A stretch of 64,000 nt of DNA from Promethearchaeota archaeon (GCA_016840165.1 JAEOSU010000050.1:1-64000), one strand, 5' to 3'; shown: positions 40,857-51,400, counted from the first letter of the stretch. Program-made: numbers and translations. The notes: generated from the letters alone by a model not told the origin.

Positions 40857-41609
40857 TTATGTTAATGGAGAACCACATTCAGCACAAAAATTCCCTGTGC
40901 CCTTTATTTGTGCTCCGCAGTTGGGACAATATTTTGAGCTATTTGAACTGGGATTCGATTGGCTGAATGAAGGAGGCGTTTGTACTAGCTTCTGGTTAGC
41001 TGTTGGTGTTGGTGTAAGATAATAAGGAGTGATTAAATCCTTTACCTTTGCTAATTTGAAATAGCCTATTATCTGAAATATTATGCCGACCAATAGTGTT
41101 ATAACTAAGAAACCAATTAAGTACATCAAAGCAGCTGTTTTTAAATTATTGCAGCCATCTACTAAATCTCTATGTAAGATTGCAGGAAAATAATCCACTT
41201 GGTCTTCAAAAAATGATTTTAAAGTATCCCATGCTTTCATTTCTATTGCTCCGCCAGCAATCACTATTATTAATCCAATCACAATAGGAGCAAAGAGAAA
41301 TGTCCAATCATCTCCACTAAATCCTGTAAAGAACATTCCTACGAGTCCACCTACCATAACAAGCATTCCAACTATTCGAAGGACAAAAGCTTTAATATAT
41401 TTTGATCTAAATTCTTCTAAACGTGCATCTTTAAGGTAAAAATTGATACGCTTTAAATTTCCGATAGCAATGAAAACAAATATCAGTGCAACTATTCCAG
41501 TTACCCCAACTATAAATGAAAGGGCCATCATCAAACCCACTGTATGCATATTTTTCCCAAATTCGGACCACATTCTTTTTAATTCATCATCTGACATTTC
41601 TATTACCAA
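40857..41609 (-). CDS. DUF973/DUF996-like membrane protein with C-terminal zinc ribbon
   Basis: TM helices, P/S/T linker, YCPNCG..FCAECG. Confidence 0.8.
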   Translation of the reverse strand: MVIEMSDDELKRMWSEFGKNMHTVGLMMALSFIVGVTGIVALIFVFIAIGNLKRINFYLKDARLEEFRSKYIKAFVLRIVGMLVMVGGLVGMFFTGFSGDDWTFLFAPIVIGLIIVIAGGAIEMKAWDTLKSFFEDQVDYFPAILHRDLVDGCNNLKTAALMYLIGFLVITLLVGIIFQIIGYFKLAKVKDLITPYYLTPTPTANQKLVQTPPSFSQSNPSSNSSKYCPNCGAQIKGTGNFCAECGSPLT

Positions 41610-41745
41610 ATAACTGTAGATTTATTTAAGTAACCCAATGAAAATTCCATTCTTATAGATGTTCAACGTAAGTTTTATGGATCTGTTGGAACTTAATTGA
41701 AAGTTATAAATTTAAATGACATCCTATAAGAAAAAGCAAACTATC

Positions 41746-41937
41746 CTAAAATGGATGTACAGAAGGAGTTTTAGGATTCAATTGGGAATTTAATTGCTTG
41801 CTAATTTCTAGGATATGTTCATATAAGATCTTTCTTGTCCATTTTGGCAATTCTATATCAATTTTTGCCAAATTTTTTGCTAGTTTTTTCAATCTGATAA
41901 CCAATAACAATTTTCTAAATCTTACCCAATACATCAT
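41746..41937 (-). CDS. small basic hypothetical protein
   Basis: 63-aa ORF filling an intergenic gap. Confidence 0.45.
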   Translation of the reverse strand: MMYWVRFRKLLLVIRLKKLAKNLAKIDIELPKWTRKILYEHILEISKQLNSQLNPKTPSVHPF

Positions 41938-42151
41938 TTATTCTCTTATAATTTTTCAAGAAACTCACTGATTTAATACGCATATGACGAACTTAGAAAA
42001 AGTAATTAAAATTAAATATGAGAATAATAATTTGAGATTTAATTGATCTACAGATTTAAATACAATTTTTTTTTTGATTTGAGTATAAATTATATTATCT
42101 TGTTGGATAAAAGTCTATTAATAAATAAATAACCTATAGTATCATATACGA

Positions 42152-43507
42152 ATGTCTGCAGGAATTTTTAAAGGAGATCTCATTAAAAATAATATTTTTT
42201 TGGTGATACCTAGTTGGGGGAAACTTCTTGGCTATCCAACATTAGGGACTTATGCCAATCATAATGTTGTAAAAATTTCGGAAGATTTAGTTATCTTTTT
42301 CGGCGGAATGGAACGTCTTGTGCACACTCCTAAGGGTTTAGTCTATTATCTTTTAGGTTTAGGATATTATTATACCAAATTTGAGATTCAAACAGGAAGA
42401 TATATCACTGATAGTCGATTTTTAACGGGCCTTATGCTCTCTGATTTTATATATGATCGTTTAGCTACCTCTAAAGATCTTACTCTACAAAATGAACCTG
42501 AAGTTGTTGTCGCTGAGGATGTGGTTAAAGTCCCTATTGATGTGTCACTTAAATTACCGAATAAAAAAACCTTTATTCAAGGTACATTAATGAGAAACCT
42601 CTTTATCCCATATAAAGACGTGATATTAGAATTTTTAGAGAAGATTAAAGATCTTAAAAGCTTCCAAATTCGAAAAACGAATCATATGTTTCTTAGCACT
42701 CATTGGGATTACTTTAATACTATTTTAATTTCAGATGCTATGGAAACCAAATTAAAGATGAAATATCTAGAGTCCACTGCCGGTTTAAACTCTATTTCGT
42801 TACGCCTTTATCGTTTCTTAATTGAACATTTCTCAGATGCTGAAATACAAGAAATAAATGAAAATATCAAAATCTTAAAGGAAGTCTATTCTACAATTGA
42901 GTTTGATCCAATGCATTTGTATTCGTTAATTGAACAAGCAAATTTATGGATAAAAATTAAAATACCTAATCTTCCTCTTTATCAAACATCTTATATAGAT
43001 GAAAAAAGAAAGAAACACTCGATTTTGCATTCGGGAGAAAAATATCTTGATAAAATTGTCCCATGGCCAGAAAAATTCAAACGACAAACCAAAAAAGGAT
43101 TAGAAGATTCAGTAAATGTCATACAAGAAAGAATATACCACCCTAAAGATTTTGAAAAGAAAGGAGTCATATTAGAACCTAACAGAGAGCACTTTGAACC
43201 TAAATTTTTAGAACGCCCCACCGTTAAGGTAAAAACACTACCGCAAATTCCTACGAATAATATCATTGAAATTTTATCAACGTTAAGAACTCTTGTAGAA
43301 CAGGATTATGATCTTCGGTCAATTGGCAAAGCTTTTGCGCTAGGGCGTGATTATATTAAAGCTATGGTATTACATCAGAACATGTTATGGGATATGAGCA
43401 AATTAGCAAATATTTATACTAAAGCTCAGCTTAATAAAGGACTCTCATCAAAAGAGAAATATGAGTTATTAGAAAAAATTGATAATTGGATTGATTTCAA
43501 TAAATAG
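42152..43507 (+). CDS. hypothetical protein with C-terminal four-helix domain
   Basis: 451-aa ORF, 35 nt upstream of the profilin-like gene. Confidence 0.8.
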   Translation: MSAGIFKGDLIKNNIFLVIPSWGKLLGYPTLGTYANHNVVKISEDLVIFFGGMERLVHTPKGLVYYLLGLGYYYTKFEIQTGRYITDSRFLTGLMLSDFIYDRLATSKDLTLQNEPEVVVAEDVVKVPIDVSLKLPNKKTFIQGTLMRNLFIPYKDVILEFLEKIKDLKSFQIRKTNHMFLSTHWDYFNTILISDAMETKLKMKYLESTAGLNSISLRLYRFLIEHFSDAEIQEINENIKILKEVYSTIEFDPMHLYSLIEQANLWIKIKIPNLPLYQTSYIDEKRKKHSILHSGEKYLDKIVPWPEKFKRQTKKGLEDSVNVIQERIYHPKDFEKKGVILEPNREHFEPKFLERPTVKVKTLPQIPTNNIIEILSTLRTLVEQDYDLRSIGKAFALGRDYIKAMVLHQNMLWDMSKLANIYTKAQLNKGLSSKEKYELLEKIDNWIDFNK

Positions 43508-43542
43508 ATTTGCAGATATAATATTTAAGAGTGCGATAACAA

Positions 43543-44181
43543 ATGACAAACTTTAAAAATGTGGTTAGCAAGTTACAACATCATTATAAGGATGCAAAAT
43601 CCGTAGCAGTGATAGATATTAATGGTAAATTACTCTATTCAACGAAAAATTGGAATATTAAAAATGATATAAAAAGTCTATTAGCTTCTTGGGTTAGCAA
43701 TTCAGCTCAATCGGTGACCGTTGACTCGATTCGCTATTCGGTTGTTCAAATGGAACCGGAACGATTTATTGCCACTAACAGGCACAAAAAAGGGCATCTT
43801 ATAGGAGCAACCACCCCTGATGGAGATAAATATATATTGGCTCAGATTAGCCCGAAAGCGAAAGGGTGGTTCCACTTAGCCTATCCTGCCGTTGCAAGAG
43901 CGGCAGCGATGATATCGAAAGGAACTAAAACAGGCTTTATCGAAACCAAAGTTGATACGAATGGAGGAGATTTAGCAGGAACTTATGAAGGATTAACAAA
44001 AGTGGGAGAAATACACATTGATCCAATGTTAAAAGCTGAAGTTGAAGCATTTTTAGAATGGATAAAGAACCCTGAAGGTTTAGCGAGCTATATTACATAT
44101 TATCTTCAACAAAATAATCCTGATGTAATTTCTCAACTTGCTAAATATTATGATGAACTCTATAGATTGTTTTATACATAA
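43543..44181 (+). CDS. Loki-type profilin domain with C-terminal helical extension
   Basis: AVIDINGKLLYSTKNWNI..ND, IRYSVV...ERFIATN..KGHLI match remembered Loki profilin motifs. Confidence 0.75.
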   Translation: MTNFKNVVSKLQHHYKDAKSVAVIDINGKLLYSTKNWNIKNDIKSLLASWVSNSAQSVTVDSIRYSVVQMEPERFIATNRHKKGHLIGATTPDGDKYILAQISPKAKGWFHLAYPAVARAAAMISKGTKTGFIETKVDTNGGDLAGTYEGLTKVGEIHIDPMLKAEVEAFLEWIKNPEGLASYITYYLQQNNPDVISQLAKYYDELYRLFYT

Positions 44182-44233
44182 TTCTTCTTAATTTTTGAAA
44201 TAAAAAAGATATAAAAATTAATGTAAAGATATT

Positions 44234-45142
44234 CTACTCCGTATGAGCTGAAATTATTAAATCTGCAAATAATTTCATATCATTGAGTAGCATATTAAGC
44301 TTATCTTGAGATTCTCTATCAATCTCTCCTGATTTCATTACTAAGATTGAAATGATATATTTGAAAATGTATAACTCAATTTCTTTTCCATCATCATTTC
44401 GCCCTTTAAATTCTGCGGAATCAGACATGAACATATTTTCTCGAACTGTATTACATGCATTAATGAAATCTCTTAAATCTCCTCTTAGAGTTAATCCACT
44501 GCTTACTCCCTGGACATTATGAACGATAACGTTTCCAGAAACATCAGATATGATAATTTTTGCCTTAATTTCCTCTAACTGTTTTTCTGCTTTTTCTACA
44601 TGAGTCTTAAGCTCAGCATAGGAAGAAATTAAAATATCTCTGAAAATTTTCGCCAGTTCGTCTTGCAAGTAAATACTAGTCAATTTATAGTTGAAATCAT
44701 AATCTTTAAATATATCAAGCAAGGTTTCTTTTGCTGTTTTAACGTTAGTATCGAGAAGTTCTTTCTGATAATTTTCAACATCATATTTGTGCAAGAAAAG
44801 AAAAACTTTCGGTTTTTCATTATTTTTACGATAAATGTCAAGTAAAGCTTCAAAATATTCCTTCGCTTGTTCAAAAGAATCGGGATCATGCAAATCCACG
44901 ATAGGAATAAGTATATCAGTGCCTCGGAACACTTCTGGCTTCTCCATATATTCTTTTCGATACTGTTCCTGACCACCGAAGTCAAATATACCAACCTGTA
45001 GTCCCAAAAAGGGATGCCGACGTGTTTCGTACAGTATAGTAGGGCTAAATTTCTTAGTATCTTCGGGGCTTTTTTCTGCAAATGCAACAGAATAAAGAGA
45101 CGTCTTTCCACATCCAGATAATCCTACAAGTGAAATTTTCAA
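44234..45142 (-). CDS. Rag/Gtr-like GTPase with C-terminal roadblock-like domain
   Basis: GLSGCGKTS, PT, DFGGQ, HKYD, TSIY, then IIISDVSGNVI. Confidence 0.85.
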   Translation of the reverse strand: MKISLVGLSGCGKTSLYSVAFAEKSPEDTKKFSPTILYETRRHPFLGLQVGIFDFGGQEQYRKEYMEKPEVFRGTDILIPIVDLHDPDSFEQAKEYFEALLDIYRKNNEKPKVFLFLHKYDVENYQKELLDTNVKTAKETLLDIFKDYDFNYKLTSIYLQDELAKIFRDILISSYAELKTHVEKAEKQLEEIKAKIIISDVSGNVIVHNVQGVSSGLTLRGDLRDFINACNTVRENMFMSDSAEFKGRNDDGKEIELYIFKYIISILVMKSGEIDRESQDKLNMLLNDMKLFADLIISAHTE

Positions 45143-45226
45143 TTCAATCTATCTCCTTTTTTTCAGTTTTTATTAATTTATAATACATTATTTCATTTAA
45201 CTTTATTAAAAAATTTTTAAAAATTA

Positions 45227-46720
45227 TTATTCTTTAGATGCTAATTTTAAAGTTTTTGAGAAGATTTTTCCAAAATCATCGGTTGATGCCTCAATTAACA
45301 CGTTTTCATCTATGATTTCACCATCTTTTTCTTCTAAAGGATATCCAATCTCAATGGTCTCGTAGGGAAATAATTCTTTTATTGTAGTTATCCATGGTCG
45401 CTTTTCAAATAGTTCTTCTACAGTCACCACTCGTATCCTCAAATCATCAAGTACATATCCAACAGTATTAGTAATTGAGATATCAAGAGTTTTATTCTCC
45501 TCATCTATACCTTTTTTTACGCTTAAAAATTTGCGTACTCCTAACTCAGGGGCTACTTTTGATTGATCCACTTCTGCTTCAGTTTGTATACGAGGTTCTT
45601 CTTCAGAAGTATCTTTAACGATGAATACTTTACGTTTTTGGATGTTATATTGGGATACTTTTTTAAGTTTTGCCAAAAATAGAACGGAATTGAGGTTAAT
45701 GGCATTAAAGGGTTCAATTGTTAAATATCCTTTTTTTGCGGCATCTTCTATAATTTCTGCACCGATCCCAGTTCTGGCGAATACTGTATTCTTATTTGGA
45801 CCACTTCCAACTGATCCTACTGAGATATCTGCATGTTCTGCTGTCAAATCAGTACAAAAATTACAGCTTGACGATTTAAATTTATCTAACTGTTTGATGG
45901 TATACGATTTCACCGGTTCTTTTTCAGGATCATAGTATATGTGGAACTTACCTTTATTAATGTCCATCTTTTTTACTTTCTCTAGATCAATACCATCTTT
46001 TAGGAAGAAGGAATATAATGCTTCAGGAGCAAAAGAATCCATACAAAAAAGGCCTAACTTTAACACATGCGCTCTCATAAAATACTTAAGCATTCCTGCT
46101 GGAGAACTCAGCATTTTATCGACCGCATCGATATTACATGGAGTTCCTACAAATGCTATTGATCTATAATCTTGTCGAATAGCATCCATAAGAGCCTCAA
46201 CAGTTTGGGAATGACTATATATCGATCCAGACGCTTTTATAGCATCATCTTTGCTAGTTATTATTTGAGCAACCGGATTCCATGGATCTTCTGGATTTTT
46301 CATGGTAACTATTGCTGCATCGATTAAATGTTCGTCAAACAAATAACACAATAATGAAGTCACTGTACCGCCGTCCTGCCCTCCAATCACTTCGGGTATA
46401 TTGGTATTTGAAACATATCCCGTCTTAAATTCCCCCATTAACTGAATCGGATCAGTAATAGTTCGGGGACATTGATTATAGCAGATACCACAACCGGTAC
46501 ATTTTCCCACTAATTTAGGCTGTCCTAGCACATGATCCCATTCTAAAACAGGACATACTGCGGCACATGTTCCACACTCAGTACATATTCCCGTTCGAAC
46601 GATCTCTTTCATGAGCATTCCATAGCTGTCCTTTTTGCCTTCAAGCTTCTTCTGAAGGTAATCGAAAGAGTATTCATATTGTGAAGCATCTTGATCATCA
46701 TTAGTTTGATTTTCAGTCAT
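45227..46720 (-). CDS. FrhB/FdhB-family F420-binding subunit with 2x[4Fe-4S] and C-terminal extension
   Basis: CTECGTCAAVCP, CTGCGICYNQCP, QDGGTVT, VGTPC, GLFC, DISVGSVG. Confidence 0.92.
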   Translation of the reverse strand: MTENQTNDDQDASQYEYSFDYLQKKLEGKKDSYGMLMKEIVRTGICTECGTCAAVCPVLEWDHVLGQPKLVGKCTGCGICYNQCPRTITDPIQLMGEFKTGYVSNTNIPEVIGGQDGGTVTSLLCYLFDEHLIDAAIVTMKNPEDPWNPVAQIITSKDDAIKASGSIYSHSQTVEALMDAIRQDYRSIAFVGTPCNIDAVDKMLSSPAGMLKYFMRAHVLKLGLFCMDSFAPEALYSFFLKDGIDLEKVKKMDINKGKFHIYYDPEKEPVKSYTIKQLDKFKSSSCNFCTDLTAEHADISVGSVGSGPNKNTVFARTGIGAEIIEDAAKKGYLTIEPFNAINLNSVLFLAKLKKVSQYNIQKRKVFIVKDTSEEEPRIQTEAEVDQSKVAPELGVRKFLSVKKGIDEENKTLDISITNTVGYVLDDLRIRVVTVEELFEKRPWITTIKELFPYETIEIGYPLEEKDGEIIDENVLIEASTDDFGKIFSKTLKLASKE

Positions 46721-46899
46721 TTCATCTTTCCTATTTATTTAATGAAAATAATATTTAATTTTGTAATTTAATACTTAAGTGATTTAATTGCTAAACAATA
46801 AAAAAATTTATTAAATCCATTTTAAAGCATTTAATTGAATTCACTTACCAAAAATAAATTATTAGGTTCTTTCGTGTAATTAGAAGTATTTTGATATCC

Positions 46900-48504
46900 T
46901 TATTCAGTATCAAGAAGTTCAAGTCTTTCCTCGATTTTTTTGATGGCGTTTGAAGCATGAATTCTCACTACCCTGTGAAAATCATTGACTCTTTTCAATA
47001 ACGCATCTAAAGCTTTCTCATCACCAAACCGTTCTAAGAGTTTAATTAAGCCTAGTTTGACTTTATAATTTTCTTTCTCACTTTCCCTTAAATGCTCTAT
47101 AATTAGAGCGATTTTTTTATTGAGATCTCTATTCAATTCTATAATATCACCGTCAAATTTATACCAATTTTGTTGAAATATATTAAATAGAGCATCCGTT
47201 GTAACTTTTTTAATGAGCCAATATGCGTTTTGACTTTTGACAATATCAATTAAATGGTCTAAGGCATCTATATTACCGATTTTTCCTAAAGCAATGATTG
47301 CATTCTTTTTTACATCCACATTCTTAATTTTTAGCAGATTAATTAAGGGAATAACAAATTCATCCTTTCCAATTTCACCTAAAATAAAGGCAACAGATTC
47401 CCTTATCGTATCATTATTCATATCTAAATATTCATATAACTTATCGTAGGGATTCTCTTCATGCTTTAAATAGATCTTTTTAACCGTATCCATTATCTGG
47501 AATTTCATATCGATATCAGAATACTCAAAGCTGATGTCTTCAATATTTAGAATATCGATTAACTCTGGAACTGAGGCTAGATCTCCAATCTCTCCTAAAG
47601 CTTCAATTGAGGCTAAACTTACCTCATTATATAGACTATCCAGATTCTGAACTATTAAATCTGCAGCTTCGGATAATTCAAGCTTACCACTGATGATAAT
47701 TGCATTTTTTTTAACAATAAAGTTGTCAGTTAAGATCAATTTAATAATGTCTTCTTTTATATCATCTTTTAATATATTGAGAATAGATATAGAAGATTCT
47801 AATAGATTATAATCGTCTTTTTTTAGAATTTGGGAAATTTCTGTTAATAAAACCTCTTTCTGGTTTGTCATCTCTGAAATTATTTCGGGATATTTTACTT
47901 CTATATAACTTGAATCTTTGAAGGTTGCATTTATACTTGAAATCTCAAAACCAATTAACTTTATGATTTCTGCTTTCAGTTTGTTTGATATGCTTTTATT
48001 CTTTAAAGATTCCATTAATTTAGTTATTAGTATTGCTGGATTCAAAATGAGAAGTTGATTTTTTACATAATCTCTTACTGCTGTATAAGTGGAGGCTAAT
48101 TCTTTAATAAAAAGAGCTATTTCATTATCCTTAAATCTTGTCTTACGTATTGCTTTTAGAACTGATAATCTTAATTCACTATTCTCTTCTGATTTCTCTA
48201 AAATCCATATTAGTGGCTTTAAGGTTTTATCTAGTTTAAGTCGCCCCATAGCTTTAGCAGCTTCACACTTTATCTCTATATTTTCTTCAGAGATAAAAAT
48301 ATTCTCTAAAGTTTCAAAACACTCTCCTTTCAGAGCTGGAGCTTCTTTACTTGCTAATCCTAAGTATCTTATCGCATCTATTCTCTTATTTTTGTCATCT
48401 GAGGTATCAATTATTTTAGAGAGTAATCGAATCGACTGATCAACACCAAATTCGGCTCGTTTCTTAAATATTTCCTCGGGTTGGTAATTGGGATTTACAG
48501 CCAT
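46900..48504 (-). CDS. HEAT-repeat (PBS-lyase type) protein
   Basis: Repeated A..ALG.IG...L. Confidence 0.9.
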   Translation of the reverse strand: MAVNPNYQPEEIFKKRAEFGVDQSIRLLSKIIDTSDDKNKRIDAIRYLGLASKEAPALKGECFETLENIFISEENIEIKCEAAKAMGRLKLDKTLKPLIWILEKSEENSELRLSVLKAIRKTRFKDNEIALFIKELASTYTAVRDYVKNQLLILNPAILITKLMESLKNKSISNKLKAEIIKLIGFEISSINATFKDSSYIEVKYPEIISEMTNQKEVLLTEISQILKKDDYNLLESSISILNILKDDIKEDIIKLILTDNFIVKKNAIIISGKLELSEAADLIVQNLDSLYNEVSLASIEALGEIGDLASVPELIDILNIEDISFEYSDIDMKFQIMDTVKKIYLKHEENPYDKLYEYLDMNNDTIRESVAFILGEIGKDEFVIPLINLLKIKNVDVKKNAIIALGKIGNIDALDHLIDIVKSQNAYWLIKKVTTDALFNIFQQNWYKFDGDIIELNRDLNKKIALIIEHLRESEKENYKVKLGLIKLLERFGDEKALDALLKRVNDFHRVVRIHASNAIKKIEERLELLDTE

Positions 48505-48659
48505 AGAAGAGGGATCATCAATATAGTATTATTTTTTAATTATTATGACGTTAGATCGTCTCTCCATAAAAATATTTTCCTTATCAAAAAAGAATGATGA
48601 ATTAATCCAATAATGAGCATTTAAAAATAGGATTAAAACGGGTTTTATCAGGTTTTTGA

Positions 48660-49196
48660 TCAAATAGAATACTTATTATATAATTCTTGGATAATTAGAT
48701 TAAATGCTTCGTCAACACCTTGGCCTGTATTAGCGGAAGTCAAGGAAAAGCTAATGAAATTATACTTTTCAGCTAAATTTTTTATATCAAGTAAGTTTAA
48801 ATCATCTTCCTCTACTAAATCAACCTTATTAGCAAATAAAACCATAGGGATTTCTCCACAGTATTTTCTTAGATTTTGAACCCAATTTTTTACATGATCA
48901 AAGCTAGTTTTCCCTAATTCATTTTCTTCAAGGCTGTAAACTACGATGGACGCTTTGCTCTCTTTATAAAATATGGGCTGAAGAAAATCAAAATCCTCTT
49001 GCCCTGCTATGTCCCAGAAGACTAAATTTACGATGTCATCCTCAATTACCTTCTCAAATCGTGAAAACTGGGCACCAATAGTTTTGATATAATCTTTTTC
49101 AAACGTTCCTTTTGTAAATTTTTTAATAAGAGATGTTTTCCCTACCGCACCATCTCCTACTACTGAAATCTTAAATTGATATTCTCCTTTACTCAT
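48660..49196 (-). CDS. Rab-like small GTPase
   Basis: GDGAVGKTS, TIG, WDIAGQE, NKVD, TSA; no C-terminal prenylation motif. Confidence 0.93.
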   Translation of the reverse strand: MSKGEYQFKISVVGDGAVGKTSLIKKFTKGTFEKDYIKTIGAQFSRFEKVIEDDIVNLVFWDIAGQEDFDFLQPIFYKESKASIVVYSLEENELGKTSFDHVKNWVQNLRKYCGEIPMVLFANKVDLVEEDDLNLLDIKNLAEKYNFISFSLTSANTGQGVDEAFNLIIQELYNKYSI

Positions 49197-49299
49197 AATT
49201 CTTAGTATTTATCTAAAGAGATTACGTCTTAATAATTTAGAATTATCTCTCTATGAATTTAAACTTTTAATGCTATTAAAAGAATAAAAGTAAAAGAAT

Positions 49300-51234
49300 T
49301 TATATTGGTTGATTTAATTCTACATTTTTGTAGACAAAAGTATTAGTTATTAATGATTCAAGTAAAGGAATATCATTTAGGTGAATAGATTTACCCTTTT
49401 CACAATTAATCATAAATTTTTCCCAAATTATATCTTGCTTTTTCAAACTTTCAGTAAAATAATTAATTCTTTGATGAGCATAATAAGAATTACCACTAAA
49501 GATATAGGTTATGTAAAAAGGTTTAAGGTATTTCATTAAAAGCGTATATTCTCCGAAGACTGCTCGATCTAATCCTTGAGAAAAGGTTTCTTTAATGAAA
49601 TAATCTATCGTTGTTAGAAATCCACTAATAATTTGGGTTTCAAATTTTTTTTCCTTAATAAATGAATGCGAAAATAGGGGAGTTCCTCCTTCTGTGATAA
49701 TTAAGATTATTACTGGATCCTCTTCAGAAATTTCAAGAGAAAACTTCCGATTAAATAACATATTTTCAATATGTACGTTTAATTCAGCTAATTCGATTCT
49801 TTCTTTTATAGGAGCTTCATTTTCTATAAGGGATTCCCACACGTTCAGGTTCTGTAGTATTTTGTCGTGTTCATATGAGATTTTTTCCCCCAATAACTTT
49901 AGATTATTTTTATCAGCGAGATCTTGAGCCTCAGTTAATTTTTTCCTAGCACTATTCAAATCTCCTTTTAATAAAGCAAATTTTGCTTGTAATAGATAAG
50001 TCTCTGCTAAAATCCAAAACGAATTTTGACTTTTTGCTATATTGATTAATTTTTCAAGTAATAAATTTAGTTCCTCTAATACTTCCAATTCAGCAGTAAA
50101 TCGAAATTCCTCTACTAATAAATCACACAGGTTTATTAAAGCTTTCATTGTTAATTCCCCAGAAATTACGTCTTGCTTTACTATTTCTTCGAAGATACTT
50201 TGTGCTTTGGCACGATCTTGAATTCGATTCTTTGTCTTTAAAATAAAACCTTCACAAAAATTGGCATATAATTCCGCAAATGGATTTTTTTCTTTTTCAC
50301 ATATCTCTTTCAATTTAATTAAATATTCTTCAGCTATCTCGTTTTTACCCATTAAAACTAAGACTTCGATCATACTTGCTAACGTACTCATCAAAATATA
50401 TGTAGCATTAACTTTATTAGCTAATTCAAAAGCCTTATTAAGAGATTCCAAAGCTTTATCTAATTCTCCTTTTTGGCTATAGATCATTGAAAGGTTATTA
50501 AAAATACCCATCTCAATCATAACAGTATTATTTTTTTTTGATGCTTCTTCATGATAAAACAAGGCTTTTTCTAAATCACCTGTCATTATATAAATACATC
50601 CAATAGTGGTTAAATTGATAGCCGCAAGAGTATTATTCCCCAACTTCTCTACAAGATGTTGACATTTGTAAGAATATTTTATAGCTAAATCTATATCAAT
50701 TCTTATGAAGGTATAAAGAGATCCTAATTGATAATACATCTCCGCTAATACAAATGTATCGGCAATTCCTTCAAGAAGACTCAATAATTCGTCTTCATAG
50801 AGCAAATCACTTTTCCCTTGTTGCATATGCCCACAATTATTGCCAATATATATCATTGATTGCAAAAGATTACGACTTTCTTCTGAAATATCAGCTAGGC
50901 TTTTTAATTTCTGCTCAGCTTCATCGAGGTATTGATATCCTTTTTCATAATTTCCTAACCAGCATGATGCATGACCCATCATCGCTAAAATTTCAACTAG
51001 TTGAGGACTTAACGCTTCTTTACGAATAGCACGATAAACTTTTTTAGCATATTTCAATGTTTCTGGAAAATTTCCCAATCTCATTACTGATTTTGCTTTA
51101 TAGAAAGATATCGAGATTAATTCTATTTTTCGGAGATCAGTCTTTTTCTCGATTTTATTCAGTAATTCGATAGCTTCTTGGAACTTATCTTGTTCTATTA
51201 ATTTCTTAACTTCCTCTAATTCATTCGAAATGAT
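49300..51234 (-). CDS. TPR protein with C-terminal longin-like domain; frame extends to ATC/ATT at 51234/51231
   Basis: TPR repeats; C-terminal ILIITEGGTPLFS...SGFLTTI; 50 open codons upstream of ATG 51084 continue the TPR pattern. Confidence 0.8.
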   Translation of the reverse strand: MISNELEEVKKLIEQDKFQEAIELLNKIEKKTDLRKIELISISFYKAKSVMRLGNFPETLKYAKKVYRAIRKEALSPQLVEILAMMGHASCWLGNYEKGYQYLDEAEQKLKSLADISEESRNLLQSMIYIGNNCGHMQQGKSDLLYEDELLSLLEGIADTFVLAEMYYQLGSLYTFIRIDIDLAIKYSYKCQHLVEKLGNNTLAAINLTTIGCIYIMTGDLEKALFYHEEASKKNNTVMIEMGIFNNLSMIYSQKGELDKALESLNKAFELANKVNATYILMSTLASMIEVLVLMGKNEIAEEYLIKLKEICEKEKNPFAELYANFCEGFILKTKNRIQDRAKAQSIFEEIVKQDVISGELTMKALINLCDLLVEEFRFTAELEVLEELNLLLEKLINIAKSQNSFWILAETYLLQAKFALLKGDLNSARKKLTEAQDLADKNNLKLLGEKISYEHDKILQNLNVWESLIENEAPIKERIELAELNVHIENMLFNRKFSLEISEEDPVIILIITEGGTPLFSHSFIKEKKFETQIISGFLTTIDYFIKETFSQGLDRAVFGEYTLLMKYLKPFYITYIFSGNSYYAHQRINYFTESLKKQDIIWEKFMINCEKGKSIHLNDIPLLESLITNTFVYKNVELNQPI

Positions 51235-51400
51235 TTATATCCCTTCATTGAAACTCATTAACGAATTTCCATTTTATTTTTATCATTTCATAAATAAAAT
51301 GTAGGAATCCTTACTTCAAAATTATTTTTTTGAATATTTATTTATTATGTTTTCAAAAATAATTAATGGAAAAAAAAGTAAAAATAAAAAAAAAATTTGA

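Noticed and set aside
44680-45111. 143-aa same-strand alternate-frame ORF in the Rag-like gene
   Set aside because: No recognisable motifs; nested in a conserved GTPase
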